Shown here: positions 19,725 through 26,103 of the stretch, in pieces
Layout: every line of letters starts with the position of its first letter
Numbering within the stretch: position 1 is the stretch's first letter
Program-made: the position numbers and the translations under genes
DNA from: Haloferax volcanii DS2
Lineage (GTDB): Archaea > Halobacteriota > Halobacteria > Halobacteriales > Haloferacaceae
Direction: 5' to 3'
Assembly (NCBI RefSeq): GCF_000025685.1
Contig: NC_013967.1
Span: forward strand, 1,980,001-2,012,000
DNA: 32,000 nt
The notes under the pieces: generated by a model
The model's input: only the letters and a program-made list of their open reading frames with translations
Databases searched by the model: none
Told to the model about the DNA's origin: nothing

Positions 19725-19736
19725 CGAACGTGTTCG
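19725..19736. promoter_or_regulatory. IR box A: CGAACGTGTTCG
   Basis: Lies in the orc1 / DUF2249 divergent spacer. It ends 40 nt before ATG 19777, and its centre is 87.5 nt from the orc1 ATG at 19643. Confidence 0.65.
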
Positions 19737-19776
19737 GGGCAACCGACTCGGCGGTCCCCAACGAGGTACGACGCGT

Positions 19777-20010
19777 ATGGCAGACACCACCCTCGACGTG
19801 CGCGACCTCCCACCGGCGGAGCGCCATCCGAAGATTCACGCCGCGTTCGACGACCTCGACGCCGGCGAGTCGCTGACGATTCTCAACGACCACGACCCGA
19901 AGCCGCTGTTCTACGAAATGCAGGCCGAAGTCGACGCGTTCGACGCCGACAACTACACGGTCGAACAACGCGCTTCCGACGAGTTCGCGGCGACGTTCCC
20001 GAAGCGGTAG
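19777..20010 (+). CDS. DUF2249-domain protein (77 aa)
   Basis: LDVRDLPPAERHPKIHAAFDDLDAGESLTILNDHDPKPLFYEM matches my memory of the DUF2249 pattern and is paralogous to 25712..25972. IR box A ends 40 nt upstream. Confidence 0.75.
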   Translation: MADTTLDVRDLPPAERHPKIHAAFDDLDAGESLTILNDHDPKPLFYEMQAEVDAFDADNYTVEQRASDEFAATFPKR

Positions 20011-20013
20011 CGC

Positions 20014-20043
20014 CGCGGCCGCGGGTCGCGGGTCGCGGCCGCG
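20014..20043 (+). other. GC-only hairpin (10-bp stem, 10-nt loop) directly after the DUF2249 stop codon
   Basis: CGCGGCCGCG (20014..20023) pairs perfectly with CGCGGCCGCG (20034..20043). The loop GGTCGCGGGT is part of a tandem CGGGTCG repeat. No T-run follows it. Confidence 0.4.
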
Positions 20044-20092
20044 AGTCGTACATCGCTGTCCCGACCCGTCTCCGCCGTTTCTCCACTCTCGT

Positions 20093-20104
20093 CGAATATG
20101 TTCG
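20093..20104. promoter_or_regulatory. IR box I: CGAATATGTTCG
   Basis: Lies between the DUF2249 and NnrS-like genes and ends 38 nt before ATG 20143. Confidence 0.6.
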
Positions 20105-20142
20105 GCGTCACCGGTAGGGCTTCGCGCCGCGCTAGTCCGCGT

Positions 20143-21483
20143 ATGAGCGTCATTCCCGCCGATGTCGACACGACCCGACAGCCCCCGATGACGATTCCGC
20201 TCCGGCACTTCGTCGTCGCGCTCGGCTTCCTCGCGGCCGCGGTGGGCCTCCGGGTCGCTTTCGCCGTCGGCGTCGCTCCCGGTGCCGCCCGACTCGCCCA
20301 CGTCCACCTCCTGCTCGCGGGGTGGGTGTGCGTCACCATCATGGGCGCGATGACGCAGTTCGTCCCGGTCTGGTCCGGCGTCGAACTCTACTCCCGACGA
20401 CTCGCGACCACGCAGTTGTGGGTCGTCAGCGTCGGTCTCGCCGGCCTCGCGGGATGCTTCCTCCTCGGGGCGTTCGCGTGGCTCCCCGTCTTCGGTGCCG
20501 TCGCGCTCCTCGGCTTCTGGACGTTCGCCTACAACGTCGCGCGCACGCTCTCCCGACTCGACGGCTCCGACGTGACCGAGCGCCACTTCGGCCTCGCACT
20601 CGGATTTCTCGCGGTCGTCACCGCGCTCGGCGTCCTGCTTGCGGTCGACTTCACGCGCCCGCTTTTCGCCGGTATCGGCGTGGGCCACGCGAGCGTCCGC
20701 GCGGCCCACGTCACGCTCGCCGTCTTCGGCGTCGTCGTGACGACCGTCGTCGGCGCGCTCTACCAACTCGCGACGATGTTCACCCAGACAAAGCTCCGCG
20801 GCGTCGACGTGTGGCTCCGCCGATTCGAGGAGGTCGGCTACCCCGTCGGTGTCGTCGCCCTCGCCGGTGGCCGACTCGTCTCCGACCCGACGCTCGCGCG
20901 GGTCGGCGGCGCGCTCGTCGCCCTCTCGCTTTTCGGTGTCGCCGCGATTCTCGCCCGTCGCCTCGTCGAGTCGGCGGTCGATTGGACGCCCATGCTCACC
21001 CGGTACGCCGTCGCGGCCGTCGCGCTCGCCGGGTGGGCCGTCCTGACGCTCCCCGCGTGGCTCGCGGACCCGCTGGCGGGGGACCGACTGTTCGGCGCGC
21101 CGGGAACCGGGTCGCTGTTCCGGCTCGGCTTCGTCGGCTTCGTCGTGCTCGGGACGCTCTACCACGTCGTCCCCTTCATCGTCTGGATCCACCGATACAG
21201 CGACCGCCTCGGCCTCGAACCCGTGCCGATGCTCGACGACCTCTACGACGCCCGCCTCGCCCGCCTCGATTTCGGTCTCGTCGTCTCGGGCGTCGCCGCC
21301 GTCGTCGCACGCGACCTCGCCGGTCTCTCGACGGGCGTCGAGACGGCGGGCTGGACGCTCGTGCTCGCCGGTGTGGCGGCGTTCGCTGCGAACCTCCTGC
21401 GAGTTATCTGGCTCCACAGCCCGCAATCGCTGGTCGGCGGCGCGGCCGCGTCGGCTGGCGGTGCGGACGACGGCGCTGACTGA
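20143..21483 (+). CDS. Polytopic His-rich membrane protein, NnrS-like (putative haem/copper NO-stress protein)
   Basis: About 12 TM segments. AHVHLLLAGWVCVTIMGAMTQFVPVWSG fits the NnrS-type pattern H-x-H-x4-G-x7-G-x3-(T/Q)-x2-P-x-W-(S/T)-G as I recall it. A second half-repeat is AHVTLAVFGVVVTTVVGALYQ. The start at 20143 (MSVIPADV) is chosen because IR box I (20093..20104) covers the earlier ATG 20098 and ends 38 nt before 20143. The family assignment is from memory, not from a search. Confidence 0.75.
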   Translation: MSVIPADVDTTRQPPMTIPLRHFVVALGFLAAAVGLRVAFAVGVAPGAARLAHVHLLLAGWVCVTIMGAMTQFVPVWSGVELYSRRLATTQLWVVSVGLAGLAGCFLLGAFAWLPVFGAVALLGFWTFAYNVARTLSRLDGSDVTERHFGLALGFLAVVTALGVLLAVDFTRPLFAGIGVGHASVRAAHVTLAVFGVVVTTVVGALYQLATMFTQTKLRGVDVWLRRFEEVGYPVGVVALAGGRLVSDPTLARVGGALVALSLFGVAAILARRLVESAVDWTPMLTRYAVAAVALAGWAVLTLPAWLADPLAGDRLFGAPGTGSLFRLGFVGFVVLGTLYHVVPFIVWIHRYSDRLGLEPVPMLDDLYDARLARLDFGLVVSGVAAVVARDLAGLSTGVETAGWTLVLAGVAAFAANLLRVIWLHSPQSLVGGAAASAGGADDGAD

Positions 21484-21514
21484 GTCGGCGCGTCAGGGAC
21501 GGTCTCGCACCCAC

Positions 21515-21814
21515 TCACATCCCGAGCAGTTCGGGTGCAAGAAAGAGGAGTGCGAGCAGGCACGTCAGGACGAGAACCGCCACGACGCGCAGGCCGCCGG
21601 CCGCTCGTCGTCGGTCCTCCGGGAGCGACTCCGCGAGTCCGGACAGGGCGGTCCCGGCTATCATGAACAGCGGCCAGTTCCCCGACAGAGACTGTTCCAC
21701 GACCGCGTACTGCCAGTACAGCCCCGAGAAGACGAGCGCGCCAGAGAGTTGGACGACTGGAAAGAGGCCGCCGGTGGGTTCGCTGAACAGGGTTTCGTCA
21801 ACTATGGAGGGCAT
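21515..21814 (-). CDS. Small (99 aa) three-TM membrane protein, hypothetical
   Basis: GC3 is very high on hand translation and there are three hydrophobic helices. Start choice is between 21814, 21826 and 21850. It is divergent from the cupin gene across IR box B. Confidence 0.5.
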   Translation of the reverse strand: MPSIVDETLFSEPTGGLFPVVQLSGALVFSGLYWQYAVVEQSLSGNWPLFMIAGTALSGLAESLPEDRRRAAGGLRVVAVLVLTCLLALLFLAPELLGM

Positions 21815-21922
21815 TGAACACGTCATCGCCCGCGAAGGTGAAAAGAGCACCTGCCTTCGCCACCTCGGTCGCGCTCGCGCTGGCTCTCGTTCACATCCGG
21901 TCGCTTCCGGCCCCGCGTCCCC

Positions 21923-21934
21923 CGAACACGTTCG
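21923..21934. promoter_or_regulatory. IR box B: CGAACACGTTCG (CCGAACACGTTCGG with flanks)
   Basis: Ends 41 nt before the cupin ATG at 21976. It is followed after 6 nt by GGCTTACC (21941..21948). Confidence 0.65.
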
Positions 21935-21975
21935 GCCGCAGGCTTACCGACCGTGCGGTCGACGACTCACTCGTG

Positions 21976-22281
21976 ATGCCAGAACACGCCGTGCTCGACG
22001 ACCTCCCGCCGCAGATGCACGCGCCCGTCTTCGAGACCGACCGTCCGAAAACCGTTAGACTCCGCCTCGAAGCCGGCGACGAGGTGCCGGCGCACTCCCA
22101 CCCCGGGTTCGACATCGTCTTCCACGTCGTCACCGGCCGGATGGAACTCGCGCTCGACGGCGAGACGCACGAGGTTGCCGCGGGAGAGCTGCTGCGGTTC
22201 GGCGGCGACCGCGACATCTCGCCGCGCGCGCCGGTCGACAGTACCGCAGTGCTCGTGTTCGCCCCGGCTGTCGACGACTGA
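21976..22281 (+). CDS. Cupin-domain protein (101 aa)
   Basis: Cupin motif 1-like DEVPAHSHPGFDIVFHVVTG and motif 2-like GELLRFGGD. The start at 21976 (MPEHAVL) is 41 nt after IR box B; the ORF-track start at 21814 would read through the promoter. Confidence 0.75.
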   Translation: MPEHAVLDDLPPQMHAPVFETDRPKTVRLRLEAGDEVPAHSHPGFDIVFHVVTGRMELALDGETHEVAAGELLRFGGDRDISPRAPVDSTAVLVFAPAVDD

Positions 22282-22316
22282 ACCGCGGGACCAACTCCCG
22301 CGGACGAACACCTGAT

Positions 22317-22931
22317 TTACTCCGGCTCGCCCGACAGCCGCTTCAGTGCCGCCTCGAACTCCTCGGACAGCGAAACCGAATCCGGCTCGTCGCTGTCGCG
22401 CTCACCCGTCGACGAGCCGGTATCGGGGACCGAGTCGTCCGTCTCCGCCTGCGCGTCAGCCGGGTCCATCGCGTCGAGCTCCGCGTTGATGGCGTCTGCC
22501 TGCTGGTGCATCGGCGCGACGCGGACTCGGACGCGGTCGTAGTCGTGACGGTCGTCGAGGCCGTTCCACGCCCGAAACGCGCCGACGGTGAGCGTCTTCG
22601 ACTGCGGGCAAAACGGCGTCGTCGGCGTGAACTCCGCGACAAGCACCGACGGGTCGTCTCGGTCCTCCGCGTAGCGGAACCCCGCGTCCGGGTGGCGGCG
22701 GTCGAGGTTCAGCCGCGCGAGGTTGTAGCCGAACGTCACGTCGTAGACGCCCCGCGCTTCGAACAGGTCGCGGGCGACCCGGTGGACGGCGACGTGGTCG
22801 TCGCCGTCGAGGACGCGGTGGCCGTCGAGGAAGGCGTCCGGGTCGGGCAGGTGTTCGGGGACGAACTGGTCGATATCGTCGAAGCGGTCGGCCCGCGACC
22901 CGCCGCCGAACAGGGACGGAATGTCTGGCAT
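22317..22931 (-). CDS. Hypothetical protein with DUF59-like (MIP18/SufT-type) T-x-T-x-P-x-C-P motif and acidic C-terminal tail
   Basis: The true start is MPDIPSLF at 22931. SVLVAEFTPTTPFCPQSKTL...VRVRVAP resembles the DUF59 Fe-S/metallocentre-assembly fold signature (weak, from memory). Near-consensus IR box C ends 38 nt upstream. Confidence 0.65.
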   Translation of the reverse strand: MPDIPSLFGGGSRADRFDDIDQFVPEHLPDPDAFLDGHRVLDGDDHVAVHRVARDLFEARGVYDVTFGYNLARLNLDRRHPDAGFRYAEDRDDPSVLVAEFTPTTPFCPQSKTLTVGAFRAWNGLDDRHDYDRVRVRVAPMHQQADAINAELDAMDPADAQAETDDSVPDTGSSTGERDSDEPDSVSLSEEFEAALKRLSGEPE

Positions 22932-22969
22932 AGTTCGAAGTGGGGTCGCCACGGGCGTAGGCCCACCCC

Positions 22970-22981
22970 CGAACACGTTCA
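22970..22981. promoter_or_regulatory. IR box C: CGAACACGTTCA (one mismatch)
   Basis: Ends 38 nt upstream of the minus-strand ATG at 22931 (DUF59-like protein). Confidence 0.55.
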
Positions 22982-23172
22982 ATTCACTGTTCGCCGCTGG
23001 CGCTCGTCGCGGTCGTGGCACGAGTGGATAGTGCTTGGTGCTGTCAAAACTCGTCGTCGCGGGGCGGGAGCTACTGATGTGGACGGGCCAACGAGTGGCA
23101 CAGACAGCCCGGACACGGCTCGGAGCGGAGGTCACCGAAATATCGCCACGACGGAGACGGCTCCGGACGCAC

Positions 23173-23502
23173 TCATCTCCGATTTATCAATCGCTGAATC
23201 CGGTCGCGAACGTCGTCCGCGGAGTCGTAAATCTCGTTGTCGACCGAGGCGAGCACCTCGTGGATGGGCTTCGACCCGCCTTGCGTTTCGACCTCGTAGT
23301 CGCCGTAGTTCTCGACGAGTTGCTCCGTCGTGGTCGGATAGTCCTGAATTTCAAGCGCATCGTCGAGGTCACCGAGCTGCTCCCCGGGGGCGCGTTCGTC
23401 GGCGCGGTCACGCGCCTCTTGGAGCGCTCGTTCGCGCTGGCGCTGTTCTTCGTTGGCCGCTTGCTTGTTTCGGCCCTGTTTGTCGTCTGGCATCCTTGGC
23501 AC
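23173..23502 (-). CDS. Small acidic conserved haloarchaeal protein (DUF5789/DUF2795-like 'YPxT..eL' motif)
   Basis: A charged N-terminus followed by LEIQDYPTTTEQLVENYGDYEVE, a pattern I associate with small haloarchaeal DUF proteins. High GC3. Confidence 0.6.
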   Translation of the reverse strand: MPRMPDDKQGRNKQAANEEQRQRERALQEARDRADERAPGEQLGDLDDALEIQDYPTTTEQLVENYGDYEVETQGGSKPIHEVLASVDNEIYDSADDVRDRIQRLINRR

Positions 23503-23735
23503 TTCGAAAGCGAACGGGATAATGCTGTGGCCGATTCTCGGTAGTCGCTTCCGACACGCGGGTTCTGTTAGCTCCGGTGGGGGTCAACAGCGTCAGGGGA
23601 AACCCGGTCAGTCCGGGGACGACCGGTCGGTGCCGGCGCTCCGTTGCGGTCGGAACGGTCGAGTACACGGTGGATGCTAACTGGCCTCAGAGTAGCTTTA
23701 TTTTCGGCCCGATACGGTACACCACTTGCGGAACG

Positions 23736-24002
23736 ATGCGTTCTCACCAATCGCTCGAAATCCTCGTCGTGGCTATCCTCTACATCTGCGTGTTTGTGAT
23801 AGTCGTCGGACCTGCGCTTGATTCGATAGCCGGCTTGGAAACGCTCTCGATGGATGCTCCGAGAGGCGTTGAACGCACGTGGGACTTAGTCTCGAAGCCA
23901 CAGGGCTGGATACTCTGTCTCGGCTACGTTCCAGTTCATTTCGCGTACCTGTTCGTCCGCGCACGACTCGCCGGTGAATCGGTCGATTCCTACTGGGTGT
24001 AG
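23736..24002 (+). CDS. Hypothetical small membrane protein (88 aa), low-GC region
   Basis: ATG at 23736. GC3 is about 65% against about 55% locally, by hand count. There is one clear TM helix and one possible second, and no family was recognised. Confidence 0.35.
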   Translation: MRSHQSLEILVVAILYICVFVIVVGPALDSIAGLETLSMDAPRGVERTWDLVSKPQGWILCLGYVPVHFAYLFVRARLAGESVDSYWV

Positions 24003-24169
24003 TGCTCCGATACCTTTCCGAGATTTACAGACGTGAACTCCCACGGCAGCGACGTTGACGCGCTGAACTCACCCGCTAAGCGTTGCACGCGTGTGCTCTC
24101 AACACCGAGAGGTTTCGACAGAGACGGGCGAAAAACAGCGATCAATGGTTGCCAGTCGGTGCAACGGCG

Positions 24170-25249
24170 CTACTGCGGGTCAGGGTCGGGGTCGAATATC
24201 TCGGGGTCTTCCGCCCCCTCGGCGCGGACGACCGCCATACAGCCCTTGCGGACGACGCGGGACAGCGAGTGGTCGACGAGCTTGAAGTCGCCGGGGACGG
24301 GCGAACTCATCGTCGCGATGGTCGTGCTCCCCGGCGGCACCTGTCGCGTCTGGATGTGGGTCTGCGGCTCGGTCGTCAGCGACCCCTCGGGGTAGAGCGT
24401 CTCCCAGACGCTTCCGATGGGGTGGAAGCTACTGGAGAGGTTCGGCCCCCCGTCGACGAAGTACACCCGGACCGTCTCGTCGAGGCCGACCGTCGCGGCC
24501 GGCCCCCGGCCGTTGGGCGTCCACGCGTACTTCTCGCCGTTCATGAGGACGTACGTCGGCTCCTCGTTCCGCATGGCCTCGTAGTCGAAGGCGTGTTGGC
24601 CCTCCTCGCCGGCGTCCTTGTCGGTGTAGAGTTCGTGCTGGCCGAGGTATATCTCGTGGTCGACCTCGGGCATCCCCTCCGGCGGTTCGACGAGGATGAG
24701 CCCGAACATCCCGGCGCTGATGTGCATGTCCATGTTCGGCACGGCGCAGTGGTAGATGTACGCGCCGGGGTAGGTCGCCTTGAACCGCAGGTGTGCCGTC
24801 TCGCCGGGGTTCGTCATCGTCGCTTCCGCGCCGCCGCCGGGGCCGGCGACCGCGTGGAAGTCGACGTTGTGCGGCATGGTGTTCTCCTCGGGGTTCTCGA
24901 ACGTCACGTTCACCGTGTCGCCCTGCCGGACGCGGACGAGCGGGCCGGGAACCTGCCCGTTGTACGTCGTGTAGGTGAACGTCACGCCGTCTTCTACCTC
25001 GGCGGTCACTTCCTCCGGCCGGAGCGTCACGTCGACCTCGGCGGACTCGCTCCGGTCGATGGGACCGGGGATGTCCGTCGGGTCGGCCGCGACTTGGTCC
25101 ACCAGGTTCGTCGAACCCTGTTGTGTCGGTTCCTCCGTCTCGTCGAGCGACTGCGCGGCGGTCGGCGATTTCGTCGCACAGCCGGCGAGCGATGCGACGC
25201 CGCCGAGTCCGAGCCACTGGAGCGTCCGCCGCCGAGTCGTGGATAGCAT
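24170..25249 (-). CDS. nirK: Copper-containing nitrite reductase, Tat-exported lipoprotein
   Basis: Tat motif TRRRTL and lipobox LAGC. Type 1/type 2 Cu ligand motifs HNVDFHAV and YIYHCAVPNMDMHISAGMFG. An SD-like GGAGGGAG lies 6 nt upstream, and a TTTATA box is at 25295..25290. Confidence 0.95.
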   Translation of the reverse strand: MLSTTRRRTLQWLGLGGVASLAGCATKSPTAAQSLDETEEPTQQGSTNLVDQVAADPTDIPGPIDRSESAEVDVTLRPEEVTAEVEDGVTFTYTTYNGQVPGPLVRVRQGDTVNVTFENPEENTMPHNVDFHAVAGPGGGAEATMTNPGETAHLRFKATYPGAYIYHCAVPNMDMHISAGMFGLILVEPPEGMPEVDHEIYLGQHELYTDKDAGEEGQHAFDYEAMRNEEPTYVLMNGEKYAWTPNGRGPAATVGLDETVRVYFVDGGPNLSSSFHPIGSVWETLYPEGSLTTEPQTHIQTRQVPPGSTTIATMSSPVPGDFKLVDHSLSRVVRKGCMAVVRAEGAEDPEIFDPDPDPQ

Positions 25250-25289
25250 CTGTGTCTCCCTCCGGTTGAATCGAGTGCCCGGATACTGG

Positions 25290-25295
25290 TATAAA
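25290..25295 (-). promoter_or_regulatory. nirK TATA box (TTTATA on the minus strand)
   Basis: A canonical archaeal TATA hexamer 41-46 nt upstream of the nirK ATG. It would place the TSS near 25265 and give a short leader carrying GGAGGGAG. Confidence 0.55.
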
Positions 25296-25328
25296 CGGAC
25301 ACTGGTTGTCCGGGTTGGAGACGCGCTC

Positions 25329-25340
25329 CGAACATCTTCG
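25329..25340. promoter_or_regulatory. IR box D: CGAACATCTTCG, upstream of the nirK TATA box
   Basis: The centre is 85.5 nt from the nirK ATG (25249) and about 42 nt upstream of the TTTATA box (25295..25290). Confidence 0.6.
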
Positions 25341-25418
25341 CGAACCGTACCACGCCGTGAGACGCGGAGAGGCGCGGTCGCTAACGAGCGCGCGAATCCC
25401 GAGCAGACGAACGGGGGT

Positions 25419-25571
25419 TCAGTCGCCGCCGACGAAGCGGTCGCGGCGGTACCGACACTGCTCGCAGAAGAACTGCGCGAGCCCCGCCGGCTGCGTGCCG
25501 GTGAAGGCCATCTCGGAGCCGCAGTCGGGACACCATTCGGAGTGGGTGGTATTCGTGTGGTCTGAACTCAT
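25419..25571 (-). CDS. Zinc-ribbon micro-protein (50 aa)
   Basis: MSSDHTNTTHSEWCPDCGSEMAFTGTQPAGLAQFFCEQCRYRRDRFVGGD has a CxxC...CxxC pair. It has its own AT-rich box (TTAATGTAATAA on the minus strand, 25596..25607) 25-36 nt upstream of the ATG, which is leaderless-type geometry. Confidence 0.5.
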   Translation of the reverse strand: MSSDHTNTTHSEWCPDCGSEMAFTGTQPAGLAQFFCEQCRYRRDRFVGGD

Positions 25572-25711
25572 ACCACGTACAAACGCGTGAGGAGTTATTA
25601 CATTAACGATTATGCCAAATTGCGCGCGATTGATACGTTTCGGGTCGAAAACGGTGCCGCTCCCGGTGCTGACGAGGGGCACGCAGGAGGGGTATCGGAG
25701 ACCGCGCCGAC

Positions 25712-25972
25712 TCAGGGCTCCCAAATCGCGGTGACGACGCCCTCGTCGCGCTCGGCGGAACAGTAGGCGAATCCCCGGTCGTCGAGCTTCGGGTAGAGGA
25801 ACTTCGGCTCGCGGTCGTTAAGCTGGACGAATACGGTTTCGCCGTCGAGGTCGGTGAGGCGGTTCATCGTCTCCGTGAGCGGTTCCGGCGGCGGCAGCTC
25901 CCGCACGTCGAGGAAATCCACCGCTCGCTCGGTCGGTGCGTCGAGTCCGTCGAGGTACGCCTCGCGGTCCAT
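25712..25972 (-). CDS. DUF2249-domain protein (86 aa), second paralog
   Basis: LDVRELPPPEPLTETMNRLTDLDGETVFVQLNDREPKFLYPKL is paralogous to 19777..20010. The true start is MDREAYL at 25972, and IR box E ends 38 nt upstream. Confidence 0.75.
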   Translation of the reverse strand: MDREAYLDGLDAPTERAVDFLDVRELPPPEPLTETMNRLTDLDGETVFVQLNDREPKFLYPKLDDRGFAYCSAERDEGVVTAIWEP

Positions 25973-26010
25973 ATGCGTGTCGTGGGGGCGACAGCGCAGG
26001 AAGCTCACCC

Positions 26011-26022
26011 CGAACGTGTTCG
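26011..26022. promoter_or_regulatory. IR box E: CGAACGTGTTCG (reads CGAACACGTTCG toward the DUF2249 gene)
   Basis: Ends 38 nt upstream of the minus-strand ATG at 25972. Confidence 0.65.
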
Positions 26023-26046
26023 ATTCGGTTTCCCCGGCCAGTCGGC

Positions 26047-26058
26047 CGAACACGTTCG
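26047..26058. promoter_or_regulatory. IR box F: CGAACACGTTCG
   Basis: Ends 45 nt before the radical SAM ATG at 26104 and is followed after 6 nt by GGCTCACC (26065..26072). Its centre is 36 bp from the centre of box E. Confidence 0.65.
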
Positions 26059-26103
26059 GGGCGTGGCTCACCTTCCGCGACGCCGAACCGCACGACAAGA
26101 GCC

